A stretch of DNA of 64,000 nt, taken from NCBI GenBank assembly GCA_964404025.1, contig CAYOIJ010000003.1, forward strand, positions 10,727-74,726, in the 5' to 3' direction. Source of the stretch: an uncultured Pseudomonadales bacterium. GTDB lineage: Bacteria > Patescibacteriota > Microgenomatia > UBA1400 > PJMF01. A model generated the notes under the pieces. The model was not told where the DNA came from and ran no database searches. It worked only from the letters and a program-made list of their open reading frames with translations. The position numbers and the translations under genes were made by a program. Of this stretch, positions 50,244 through 59,081 are shown one piece after another (within the stretch, counting starts at the first letter, position 1; each line of letters begins with the position of its first letter).

Positions 50244-50903
50244 TTAAAATAATTCCTCTCTCAATTGCGCTTTTAATTTCAAAGTCTCTTGTTGTGAATC
50301 TATCCAGCTTATAATTTTTTTAATTTTCTTGAAATCCTCAATAAATAGTTTTTTTACTTTAACAGACCTTAGGGCTGCTGCTGGATGATACATTGGTAAA
50401 ATAAACAAATCTTGATCCTGCCATCTTAACCTATGTAAGCGACCATGTATTTGTGAAATTTTAACATCTTCTAAAAATTTAGCCATACTAAAACGCCCCA
50501 AGGTAACAATTAATTTGGGTTTGATTAGTTCAATCTCCTTATCTAAAAAAGGTTTAAAAGCTAAAATTTCTTTAGGTAAAGGGTCTCGATTATTTGGTGG
50601 ACGTACTTTAATAATATTTGTGATAAAAACTGTTTCAGTGGGACAATTAACTTCTAAAAGAGTTTTACGTAACAATTGACCAGAACGACCAACAAAAGGA
50701 CGTCTTTCTAAGGTTTCATGATAACCAGGAGCCTCACCAATTAACATAATGTCTGCGCTTTGCTTTCCTTCACCATAAACTACATCCTCAGCTCGATTAA
50801 CTAGAGGAAGCGTTTTTGCAGTTTCTTCAATCAGAGATTCTAATTTAGATAAAGTTTTAAGTTCAATTAATAGTTTCTCCACTGATAAATCAGTCTTTGG
50901 CAT
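50244..50903 (-). CDS. family-4 uracil-DNA glycosylase lacking Fe-S cysteines
   Basis: IGEAPG, PFVGRSG, RPPNNRDP, YHPAAALR. Confidence 0.92.
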   Translation of the reverse strand: MPKTDLSVEKLLIELKTLSKLESLIEETAKTLPLVNRAEDVVYGEGKQSADIMLIGEAPGYHETLERRPFVGRSGQLLRKTLLEVNCPTETVFITNIIKVRPPNNRDPLPKEILAFKPFLDKEIELIKPKLIVTLGRFSMAKFLEDVKISQIHGRLHRLRWQDQDLFILPMYHPAAALRSVKVKKLFIEDFKKIKKIISWIDSQQETLKLKAQLREELF

Positions 50904-50922
50904 ACCCCAATTCTAACATAAG

Positions 50923-51987
50923 CTAATAGGTGGGTAGAAAAATTTTGACATTATCTGGCCTAATAATCACTTCTTCAAAACCACGCTCTACAATAATTCG
51001 TGCTGCTTTACGCACCGCACCCTTAAGAGTGCGCTGCAGCGTTCTTACTCCAGCATCAAAACCCAAAGGACGCACTAAGGTTGGCCAAATTGCTTCATCA
51101 ATTTTGAATTGACTTTCTTTCAAACCAGCCTCTTTGATAATGCTTGGCAAGATATACTTTTTAGCAATTACTATCTTTTCTTCATCGCTATAAGATGGCA
51201 TATCAATCCGTTCCATACGATCAATTACTGCGGTTGCAATGCGTCGAGTGTTATTACAAGTAGCAATGAAAATTGCTTGGCTCAAATTAACTGGGTAATT
51301 AATGTAATTATCTACAAAAGCATGATTTTGAGCTGGATCTAACAGCTCTACTAAAACCCCCATAATATCATTATTGGCTTCATCAGCGGCTCGATCAATT
51401 TCGTCAAGCAAAATCACAGGATTCATTGTTTTAGCTTCACACAAACCCTGTATCACTGCTCCGGGTTGAGCTTCTAAAATCAGTCGCGATTCACCACGCA
51501 GTTCTTTAGCAGATACCATGCCGCCAATGGGAATGCGCACTAATTGACGCCCTAGCGCTTCTGCCAAAGAATAGGCAAAAGTAGTTTTTCCAGTGCCCAC
51601 TAGACCGACTAATAGTAAAATCGGTGCAGAGAATTCTTGGCTAGTAAAGTTTTGTTTTTGTAAATTAAGAATAGCTAAATATTCTAAAAAACGATCCTTA
51701 ACCTCTTTTAAACCATAATGATGTTTATCAAAAACTATTTTAGCCGCCTGAATATCTAGAGTGTCTTCACTTTTTTGAGCAAAAGGGATCTTAATTACCC
51801 AATCTAAATAACGAGAAACTTTGTCGTATTTTTCATCATAATTTCCCAATTTGACACTGCGCTCTAGAGAGCTTAATTCTTTTTTTAATTTTGATAAAAG
51901 CTCTTCTGGCAATTGAATTTGTTCAATTTTTGCTTTAAGCTCGTCAAGTTCTTGATTTAAAATTTCTTCAGAATTAATTTGAGACAT
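50923..51987 (-). CDS. stand-alone Lon-type AAA+ ATPase (no N-domain, no protease domain)
   Basis: HYGLKEVKDRFLEYLA, GLVGTGKT, NPVILLDEID, ELLDPAQN, DRME, GVRTL; stops at the end of the AAA+ lid. Confidence 0.88.
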   Translation of the reverse strand: MSQINSEEILNQELDELKAKIEQIQLPEELLSKLKKELSSLERSVKLGNYDEKYDKVSRYLDWVIKIPFAQKSEDTLDIQAAKIVFDKHHYGLKEVKDRFLEYLAILNLQKQNFTSQEFSAPILLLVGLVGTGKTTFAYSLAEALGRQLVRIPIGGMVSAKELRGESRLILEAQPGAVIQGLCEAKTMNPVILLDEIDRAADEANNDIMGVLVELLDPAQNHAFVDNYINYPVNLSQAIFIATCNNTRRIATAVIDRMERIDMPSYSDEEKIVIAKKYILPSIIKEAGLKESQFKIDEAIWPTLVRPLGFDAGVRTLQRTLKGAVRKAARIIVERGFEEVIIRPDNVKIFLPTY

Positions 51988-51993
51988 AAAAAA

Positions 51994-52512
51994 CTAAAAT
52001 TGCTTTGCTTGAAGTGCGAAGCCCAAACCAATACTAAGCATAGCTAAAGCCAAGAATATAATAGTCGTAGTAGTTGAACCAGCTTGTGGCAAAGTTCCAT
52101 CCGAAGCACTGGCTATTGCTTCTGTTGATGCTGTTGACCCTGTTGCTTCAGTACTATCACCAATAGTTAAAACAAAATCTAGTGTTTCTGCTCCAGATTC
52201 TAAATTAAACTGATGCCTGCCCTCAGTTAATGATGACACCAAATTAGTCCAACCCCCCTCTGCATCAGCTGTCGCAGTTTGTGTTGAATCATCAATTAAA
52301 ATTGATACGGTGGCCGAAGGAGAAGCTAAACCTGTTAATTCAAATGTGCCACCAGAATAAGTGTAGTTCTTTAAACTGCCTCCTAGATCTAGTCCCGAGA
52401 CATCTATGGGTCCTAAGCCCGTAATCTTTAAAGAAGCAGCCGAAACTTTTTTGACAAAAAGCAAGGGAAAGAGAAGTAATAAAAGTACAGTGCTAATAAA
52501 AAATTTTTTCAT
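51994..52512 (-). CDS. secreted Ig-like protein with LPQAG sortase sorting signal
   Basis: Signal peptide (VSA|A), domain similar to 45746..46231, LPQAG + TM + QAKQF. Confidence 0.8.
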   Translation of the reverse strand: MKKFFISTVLLLLLFPLLFVKKVSAASLKITGLGPIDVSGLDLGGSLKNYTYSGGTFELTGLASPSATVSILIDDSTQTATADAEGGWTNLVSSLTEGRHQFNLESGAETLDFVLTIGDSTEATGSTASTEAIASASDGTLPQAGSTTTTIIFLALAMLSIGLGFALQAKQF

Positions 52513-52535
52513 GTCTCCAGTTCAGTCTAGCATTA

Positions 52536-53474
52536 TTATTTTTTTTGTGCAGCTAGTAATTCTAACATTTGATCACGACGCAACAAGCCAGTCTTGGCTC
52601 CATAAAATTTAACAACACTACTAGCATTTCGCACTCCCCAAACGATCGCCTCCTCAACTTTTCGCTTATCTAACAAAGCAGCAATGTAAGCAGCTGCAAA
52701 AGAATCTCCAGCCCCTGTATTATCTATGGCCTTACTAGACTGGCCCTCATAGATAAATTTCTTTTTACCATACAAGTACACTTCTCCACCTTTTTTACCC
52801 ATTGTCACAATTACCTGTGGAAAATGGGCTAGAATCTCTTGTTGGACCTCAGCTAACATTAGCCATTCCTGTTGATTAACAAAAAATACTTCACAGGGAA
52901 CTTTCTCTAAATCAAAAGTCTTATTTATTAATAACTCTATTTCACTTTTACCAGGATTCCAAGACAACTTAGTGTCCTGATCCTTAATTAAACTACGAAA
53001 AATTTTTGATAAAGTGTCTTTCTGACCAGCAATACTAGACAAATGAACCCAAGTCGCTTGAGTCAACCAAAAAGAAGGTATGTCATAAGGATCGAGCATA
53101 GAAGCTGCACCTCGATAAGTCATGGCTACTCGATTACCACCTTTGGTTACGAGCAGCACGCTTCCACCAGTTCTTTCTAATTTTTCTTTAATTAACAATT
53201 GTGTGTTCACTCCTTCACGTTCAAAATCATTCATTATCAAATCAGAAAACTCATCCTGACCAGTTTCAGAAATAACAGCCACCCTGTAACCTAAGCGTGC
53301 TAAAGCCACTGAAGTATTGCTAGCACCACCACCAGTAAATATATGAAAATCACTTAGGGCCAATTTGTCACCATAGGTTAAAATTTGTTCTTGCTTACTA
53401 TGACTAGCCTCTAGATCTTTAGAGCTAATAAAAATGTCAACTAGTGAAGATCCAATACTGATGCAGTCGTACAT
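52536..53474 (-). CDS. PfkB/ribokinase-family kinase
   Basis: GGGASNTSVALARLG, DNTGAGDSF. Confidence 0.93.
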   Translation of the reverse strand: MYDCISIGSSLVDIFISSKDLEASHSKQEQILTYGDKLALSDFHIFTGGGASNTSVALARLGYRVAVISETGQDEFSDLIMNDFEREGVNTQLLIKEKLERTGGSVLLVTKGGNRVAMTYRGAASMLDPYDIPSFWLTQATWVHLSSIAGQKDTLSKIFRSLIKDQDTKLSWNPGKSEIELLINKTFDLEKVPCEVFFVNQQEWLMLAEVQQEILAHFPQVIVTMGKKGGEVYLYGKKKFIYEGQSSKAIDNTGAGDSFAAAYIAALLDKRKVEEAIVWGVRNASSVVKFYGAKTGLLRRDQMLELLAAQKK

Positions 53475-53540
53475 AGGCAGGTAAAAACATTGTACAAGAA
53501 AATTAAGTAGATTTGCAAGACTTGAGATTATTTTTTTATC

Positions 53541-54161
53541 TTATTCTAAGCGCTTTTGCATTTCTTCTTCGAACAAGTGAAGAGCTACTTTAAACTCTTC
53601 TAAATTATCAACAATTCGATAAACCTTTGATTCCTTGTAGCCAATTAAAAAATGTTTATGAATAACATCCATCACTTCGTGCCAGAAATGACCATATAAA
53701 ATCATTGGCTTATGATTGCCATAATAAAGGTGAGCTAAAAGCCAAGCAGTAGCCCATTCACTCAAAGTGCCGGTCCCACCCTGAAAGCAAACGAAAAGAT
53801 CTGCATTATCCATGAGACCAAACATACGTTCTATATAGTTACTAGTTTTAATTTCTCGATCAACTATATTTTCAAAATCACGACCCTCAAATTCAGGCAT
53901 ATTAACTGGGTTAAAGGTAACCGCTAAAATTTCACCATTCACTGACTTTGCCCCTTTGCTAGCTGCACCCATTACCCCAGGACCACCACCGTTGATCACA
54001 ATCTTTTTTTGGCTAGCCACATAAGCGGCTACTGCAAAAGCAGCTTGGCAAACCGGATGGTCAGTGTTTAAGTCTGCACCTCCATAAAAAGCAATTTTCT
54101 CTACTTTACATAAGCGGTTTGCTCTAGGAACCACTATTTTTTTTCGTTCCTCTTGATTCAT
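53541..54161 (-). CDS. LOG-family nucleotide phosphoribohydrolase
   Basis: NGGGPGVMGA, GGTGTLSE. Confidence 0.88.
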   Translation of the reverse strand: MNQEERKKIVVPRANRLCKVEKIAFYGGADLNTDHPVCQAAFAVAAYVASQKKIVINGGGPGVMGAASKGAKSVNGEILAVTFNPVNMPEFEGRDFENIVDREIKTSNYIERMFGLMDNADLFVCFQGGTGTLSEWATAWLLAHLYYGNHKPMILYGHFWHEVMDVIHKHFLIGYKESKVYRIVDNLEEFKVALHLFEEEMQKRLE

Positions 54162-54823
54162 AAAAGTTCTTTCTTTAAATTACTAAAAGCTAAATCAAAA
54201 TTTTGGGCATTAAACAATGCAGATCCGACAGCCACTTGGTCAACACCAGCTTGTTTTAAAATCTTGATGTGCTGCTGTTTAACTCCACCATCAACACTGA
54301 TTTTAAACTGTTTATTTAGCTTCTCTGCTAGAGTTTTTAACTCTTTAATTTTATCAAGCACTAAATTATCAAAACTTTGCCCTTGTTGACCAGCCTCAAC
54401 TGCCATTAACAAAAAATGATCTGACCATTCCCAAGAAGCATCTTCTATGCTCTCAAGAGGTGTAAAGAGATCCAGTGCTAGACCGGCTTGCCAACCAGCT
54501 TTTTTAATTTCTTCTAAGAAATCTACCTGCTGAGACATCTTTTCAACCTGACCAATTACTGATCTTGTTGGTAATCGCTTACCACACTCAATCAATTCCC
54601 AAACATAATCCATTGGTTCCTCTGTCATTAAATGAAAATCTATTGACAATTTACCAAAATCAAAATCCAGCAAATCACTTGGATAAACAGTAATATTATT
54701 TGTAAATAAAGCATCAATTATATCTATTTGTATAACCTCAATGTCTACTTGATTTTTCACTAACTCTAACTGCTGAGCAAAAGTAGCCAAACTATCAGTT
54801 AAAATAGCTGGATTAATTTTCAT
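54158..54823 (-). CDS. rpe: ribulose-phosphate 3-epimerase
   Basis: INPAIL, DIID, DFHLM, LLMAVEAGQQGQSF, VDGG, VGSALF. Confidence 0.88.
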   Translation of the reverse strand: MKINPAILTDSLATFAQQLELVKNQVDIEVIQIDIIDALFTNNITVYPSDLLDFDFGKLSIDFHLMTEEPMDYVWELIECGKRLPTRSVIGQVEKMSQQVDFLEEIKKAGWQAGLALDLFTPLESIEDASWEWSDHFLLMAVEAGQQGQSFDNLVLDKIKELKTLAEKLNKQFKISVDGGVKQQHIKILKQAGVDQVAVGSALFNAQNFDLAFSNLKKELL

Positions 54824-55274
54824 TGCCAGCCCTCATTTGTTCTTCATATTCAGCAATTTGTTTAATTCTTCTTAAATGTCTTTCTTCATCGCTAGGTTTT
54901 GTATTAATAATTGTTAACAAATAATCTAAAACTTTCTGCTTGCTTAAAAAATCAGCTCCAAAAGCAAAAACATTAGCATGATTATCCTTAACCGCATGTT
55001 TGGCGATGCTTTGATCATAAACATCAACTGCTCGCACGCCTTTAACTTTGTTAGCAGCAATTACCATACCCGAACCAGAACGACAAAATAATAAACCAAT
55101 GCTGTCATCTTTAGCATGAGCTATTTCTTCTGCTAGTTTAAAAGCAAATTTAGGATAGTCATCATCTGGATCAAGCTTCATTGGACCGAGATCAACAACT
55201 TGCTCATTTAAGAATTCTTTAACTTCTTCCTTAAGATTAAATCCTCCATGATCACTGGCCATATAAATTTTCAT
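54813..55274 (-). CDS. rpiB: ribose-5-phosphate isomerase B
   Basis: ASDHGG, DDYP, CRSGSG, ANKVKGVRA, RHLRR; start moved to ATG 55274. Confidence 0.92.
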   Translation of the reverse strand: MKIYMASDHGGFNLKEEVKEFLNEQVVDLGPMKLDPDDDYPKFAFKLAEEIAHAKDDSIGLLFCRSGSGMVIAANKVKGVRAVDVYDQSIAKHAVKDNHANVFAFGADFLSKQKVLDYLLTIINTKPSDEERHLRRIKQIAEYEEQMRAGNEN

Positions 55275-55312
55275 AGACTTATCATAACAAATATATGAGA
55301 AAAGCAAAAAAG

Positions 55313-55345
55313 AAAAACCCCACATTAATAAAAAGGTGGGGTTTT
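55313..55345 (-). terminator. intrinsic terminator after the 66-aa gene
   Basis: - strand AAAACCCCAC...GTGGGGTTTTT. Confidence 0.8.
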
Positions 55346-55364
55346 AATTGACAAATGAGAAAAA

Positions 55365-55565
55365 TTATTTTTTCTTCAATACTGGCATGCCAGTGCGAGA
55401 TGTCTCAACAACCATGTAACCGGCTGGGACTGCACTCAACGAACCATCACGAATGTCACGTGCAAAAAAGTAAATGGTTTGCACACGACCATTTTTCAGG
55501 GTCACATCACGAGTGTGAAGGTAATAAGTTTGACCCTTTTTATTGGTGTAGCTAAAAGCTGCCAT
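55365..55565 (-). CDS. small basic hypothetical protein (66 aa)
   Basis: Strong SD (AAGGAG), own promoter and terminator, plausible beta-rich sequence (YYLH, IYFFA, TGMPVLKK). Confidence 0.8.
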   Translation of the reverse strand: MAAFSYTNKKGQTYYLHTRDVTLKNGRVQTIYFFARDIRDGSLSAVPAGYMVVETSRTGMPVLKKK

Positions 55566-55670
55566 ACTATTCTCCTTTTTCCTGACTCTTGGCCAGGATA
55601 ATTGTTAATTACTAATTCTTAGCCTAACATACTTGACTAGTATATCAAGAAGCAATTTCAATTTTTAACT

Positions 55671-55700
55671 ATCAAAATATATCAATATATATCAATAAAA
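55671..55700. repeat. three 10-bp-phased direct repeats (ATCAAWAWAW)
   Basis: ATCAAAATAT ATCAATATAT ATCAATAAAA. Confidence 0.6.
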
Positions 55701-55703
55701 TAT

Positions 55704-56201
55704 TTAATTTTCAATAATTCCTCTTAGGAGAGCGTCCTCAAGAAGTAAATCTGATTCTGTGCTAACAACCACTTCAATAGGTAAAACCTCAGCAGGCACT
55801 GAAGCTGAACCAATAAAACCTGCCTTAGAATAAGTGAGCGTAAACACTTTTTTCTTAGTATCACCATCAATTTCTTTAAGCCAAACTGCAAAAGCCTCGC
55901 TGCTATCTGGCAAGTTAGCTGTTACTGTAAAGTTGAGCTTATCATCTACCAACTGATAACGAACTTCACCACTAGCTTCCCCAACAGCCATCATTTCAAC
56001 TGTCGCAAAATCAGCAGTCCCTCTAATAATACTTTCCTCTTCTTCTTGAGTTAGGGTTGTAATTTCCAAATCATTACTCAATAAACTATTCCCTTGCTCA
56101 GCCACTCTGTTAGAGTACCAGCGAAAAAACATAAAAACGACAAAAGCAAAAGCTAATAGTGGGAAAATATAAGGGACAACTTTTTTAAGTTTTTCTTGCA
56201 T
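55704..56201 (-). CDS. membrane-anchored protein, possibly with an RskA C-terminal-like beta domain
   Basis: N-terminal TM; ASGEV...ANLPD...FAVWL pattern. Confidence 0.45.
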   Translation of the reverse strand: MQEKLKKVVPYIFPLLAFAFVVFMFFRWYSNRVAEQGNSLLSNDLEITTLTQEEEESIIRGTADFATVEMMAVGEASGEVRYQLVDDKLNFTVTANLPDSSEAFAVWLKEIDGDTKKKVFTLTYSKAGFIGSASVPAEVLPIEVVVSTESDLLLEDALLRGIIEN

Positions 56202-56318
56202 GAGACCTTTGGCCTAAGCCAGTAACTGCTATATTGTGATACTATTTTGAAGTATAAATAAGAAGCTGTCAAGATCAGTTGATTTTAATATTATGGGATT
56301 GAAATTTCATTTAAAATT

Positions 56319-56885
56319 TTAAGTCTTTTGCCAATCCCTACCATACCATAAACCAATCGCTAATTTGGCAATTGCCACATACTCTTCAGTACGATCAATG
56401 AAGCCTTTGGTTAAAATTCCAATTGCCCCACTTTTACGTTTCAAATCTAAATCATCAAATAAATCACCGATAACATGCCCGAGTTCTTGGCCAGCTAAGA
56501 TTCCATTAGCTAAAACCTGAGGCAAACGAAATCTAGCTCCGCTAGCAGAATAAATATCTCCTTTTTGATCGAGAACACTAATCCAAACTGTGGACCAGAG
56601 CTCACTATCATTTTGAACAAATTTTGGACAATAAACCCCACCCTCTGCACCAATAAACAAAGCTTCTTCATCTGGCAAACAATAGGATTTTGCCAAAACT
56701 ATTTTTTTTAATGCCTTAGCTCGATTAATAGAACCTCTTAGAGTTTCTTCATCTGTCATTGGTTGTTCCGAAACCCCACTGGCAACTGCAAGTCCACGCA
56801 CTTCAACGTCGGGATAGTTATCACTAGCAGCAATGGTGATAGCATTAATCTTAACTGGATTTTCTGAAGCTACAAAAATTTTCAT
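56319..56885 (-). CDS. yjjX: inosine/xanthosine triphosphatase (YjjX/DUF84)
   Basis: ASENPVKI, SGVSEQPM, GSINRA, GAEGG, GAIGILT. Confidence 0.92.
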   Translation of the reverse strand: MKIFVASENPVKINAITIAASDNYPDVEVRGLAVASGVSEQPMTDEETLRGSINRAKALKKIVLAKSYCLPDEEALFIGAEGGVYCPKFVQNDSELWSTVWISVLDQKGDIYSASGARFRLPQVLANGILAGQELGHVIGDLFDDLDLKRKSGAIGILTKGFIDRTEEYVAIAKLAIGLWYGRDWQKT

Positions 56886-56953
56886 TAGTCACTTTTATTA
56901 TTCTAAATGCTTATATTGTTCTAAATACAGTACTTAACACTCATCAGTTGGCG

Positions 56954-57889
56954 CTATTCACTTAAAAAACCTCGCAAAATTAAATCTTCAGCCTCTCCAG
57001 CACTCAAACCTCGACTGCGCAGATAAAGAATTTGCTCCGCTGACAACTTACCAATTGAAGCCTCATGGGTTAATTGGGCGTTGGGGTTTTCTACCAATAA
57101 TTCGGGAATTAGTTCTAACTTCGCACTTTTATCAAGCATTAAGCCACCACAATCCAAGTGACCCTTGGCAGCAGCTCTAGCTATAATTCTGGAACGCGCT
57201 TTCACTTCAGCAGCTTTTCGACCAACTATGCGTAAAGTAGAAATGGCATTGGCGCCCGCTCCATTTAAATAAGCAATATCTGTTAAACTCATTTTAGTAT
57301 CTTGACAATTAGCCAGTATTTTTAAATCAGAGCGGGCGCCCTTTGCTAGATGAATTTGTGCGTTCAACTGCATGGCCTTGGCCGCTTTTTCAATTTTATA
57401 AGTATATTCTAAACTAGCTCCTTGTTCTAAAAAAAACTCATAATTAGTGCTAACCTGATCATTTTTGTCCCAATCATGAACATGCTGATAATATAGACTA
57501 GCTCCTTGGCGTAGTAGCAGTTTACCTTTTGCTTGGTGAGAGCGGCCTTTTCCTACAACTTTTTCACTAAGTAAACTCGCTGACTCACAAGTACCAGTCA
57601 AATCAACATACAAGCCAGCCTCTATCACAATCAGGTTGTTTAATTGTTGTTTAGTGCCGGGCTTATCCAGGGAGACACAGCCCAAAAAAGAACAACTGGG
57701 CTGCTCTTTAATCCAAACAAAATATCCTTCTTTAGGTTTATCAACAAAATACTGTCTAGTCCAAGGGAATTTGTCCCAAGCCTCTACTGAGCTTAACACT
57801 TCTGAGCCAGACATACTAAGAATTTCTTCAATATGATGGTCTAGTTGTTTATAAGCAGTTTTTACAGCTTTCGCACTTTTGATAGCCAT
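56954..57889 (-). CDS. short SufB/SufD-family scaffold (SmsB-like)
   Basis: KGHLDCGGLM, IPEL, LTHEASIGKL, YLRSRGLS...LILRGF. Confidence 0.88.
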   Translation of the reverse strand: MAIKSAKAVKTAYKQLDHHIEEILSMSGSEVLSSVEAWDKFPWTRQYFVDKPKEGYFVWIKEQPSCSFLGCVSLDKPGTKQQLNNLIVIEAGLYVDLTGTCESASLLSEKVVGKGRSHQAKGKLLLRQGASLYYQHVHDWDKNDQVSTNYEFFLEQGASLEYTYKIEKAAKAMQLNAQIHLAKGARSDLKILANCQDTKMSLTDIAYLNGAGANAISTLRIVGRKAAEVKARSRIIARAAAKGHLDCGGLMLDKSAKLELIPELLVENPNAQLTHEASIGKLSAEQILYLRSRGLSAGEAEDLILRGFLSE

Positions 57890-58565
57890 ATTTTTTAATA
57901 GTCTTTAATACTTTTTTAATGTCTCGACTTTGGCAAACTAATTCTCCCTGACGCAAAATAGCAATGCGATCGGGTTTAATTTCATCTAGAACTGCTCCAG
58001 AATGAGTGATAATTAATAAGGCTATTTTTCGCTTTTTTAATTCTTGCTTAAGGGCAGTTAAAACTTTTCCTAAATTCTCAATATCTAAACCAGAATCTAG
58101 CTCATCAATAACCAGTAGCTTTGGGTTTTGATTTAATACTTGAACTAATTCGGCAATCTTCTTTTCTCCACCAGAGAAATTACTATTAATTTCTCTAAAC
58201 AAAAGAGAGTCTGCTAGTTCATAGTCATAGTCACCATCGTGAATTTCTTGAATTAAATTTAGTAAAGTAAATAGTTCAACTCCTTTAATTGCTGGAGATT
58301 GCTGCCAAACAAAAGCTAGGCCTGTTTTAGCTCGTTCTTCTGGTTTAAGAGCAATTAGATCTTGACCAGCAAATTCAATTAAACCTGCTCCCACTTGATA
58401 ATTATCATCGCCTAGTAAAACCCTAACCAAAGTTGATTTACCAGCTCCATTAGCTCCCATTAAAGCAACTAATTCTCCACTATTAATAGCCAAAGAAATA
58501 TTTTTTAGAATTAATTTCTTGTCAGCTTCTACATCTAGATGCTTAATTTTGAGTAAATTTTTCAT
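57849..58565 (-). CDS. sufC: SufC-type ABC ATPase with C-terminal Cys motif (SmsC-like)
   Basis: GANGAGKST, FSGGEKK, DELDSGLD, ITH; ends GYQKCESCKNCL. Confidence 0.88.
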   Translation of the reverse strand: MKNLLKIKHLDVEADKKLILKNISLAINSGELVALMGANGAGKSTLVRVLLGDDNYQVGAGLIEFAGQDLIALKPEERAKTGLAFVWQQSPAIKGVELFTLLNLIQEIHDGDYDYELADSLLFREINSNFSGGEKKIAELVQVLNQNPKLLVIDELDSGLDIENLGKVLTALKQELKKRKIALLIITHSGAVLDEIKPDRIAILRQGELVCQSRDIKKVLKTIKKYGYQKCESCKNCL

Positions 58566-59053
58566 TATTTATGAAAAGCCTTGTTCAAAATATTTTTAAC
58601 AAACTGGCCTCTTTCACCACCAAAATCATAACTGTCCAAATCATTTAAACTAACCCAGGTAAACTCCTGATGTTCTCTTGAAATTGTGATTTCTGCCTGA
58701 TCGCTTTCTGAAAAATCTAAATACCAGCCACAATTAATGCTATAAAGATCCCGATCAGCTTCAAAGTAACTAGCAAAATAAATAAGATGCTCAAAATCAA
58801 AAAGACCTGGTTCAACTAATAAATTACTCTCTTCTTTGACTTCTCTAGCAATATCCAATTGGTGTAGATTAGCAGTGCTTTCTTGCTCTAGACTAGGCCA
58901 TTCAGCATTGCCACCTGGTAAATCCCAGGCATTAGGACGTGAAATTGCGTTATTGCTGCGCTTTAAAATTAAAGCCTCTTTTTGACCCTGATTAACTCTG
59001 ACGATTGCTACCTTGTGTAAAAATTTAACTTTTTTGCTTAGTTGCTGCTTCAT
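58565..59053 (-). CDS. NUDIX hydrolase
   Basis: WDLPGG...AREVKEES (Nudix box with insertion), SREHQEFTW. Confidence 0.85.
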   Translation of the reverse strand: MKQQLSKKVKFLHKVAIVRVNQGQKEALILKRSNNAISRPNAWDLPGGNAEWPSLEQESTANLHQLDIAREVKEESNLLVEPGLFDFEHLIYFASYFEADRDLYSINCGWYLDFSESDQAEITISREHQEFTWVSLNDLDSYDFGGERGQFVKNILNKAFHK

Positions 59054-59081
59054 AAAAACTTTCTGTCTCTGATTATAACAG

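Noticed and set aside
50904-50923. Frameshift or readthrough joining the Lon ATPase to a protease domain
   Set aside because: The downstream ORF is clearly UDG and has its own -10 box; no Lon Ser-Lys protease sequence is nearby
55671-55700. CRISPR-like or iteron array
   Set aside because: Only three 10-bp AT-rich units without spacers; no cas or rep genes
2661-57836. Many 60-130 aa ORFs antisense or out of frame within housekeeping genes (e.g. 2661..2846, 8618..8857, 11591..11800, 30950..31342, 41749..42090, 48626..48961)
   Set aside because: Shadow ORFs of well-supported genes with no motifs or initiation signals; 11591..11800 is antisense to the real rpmJ
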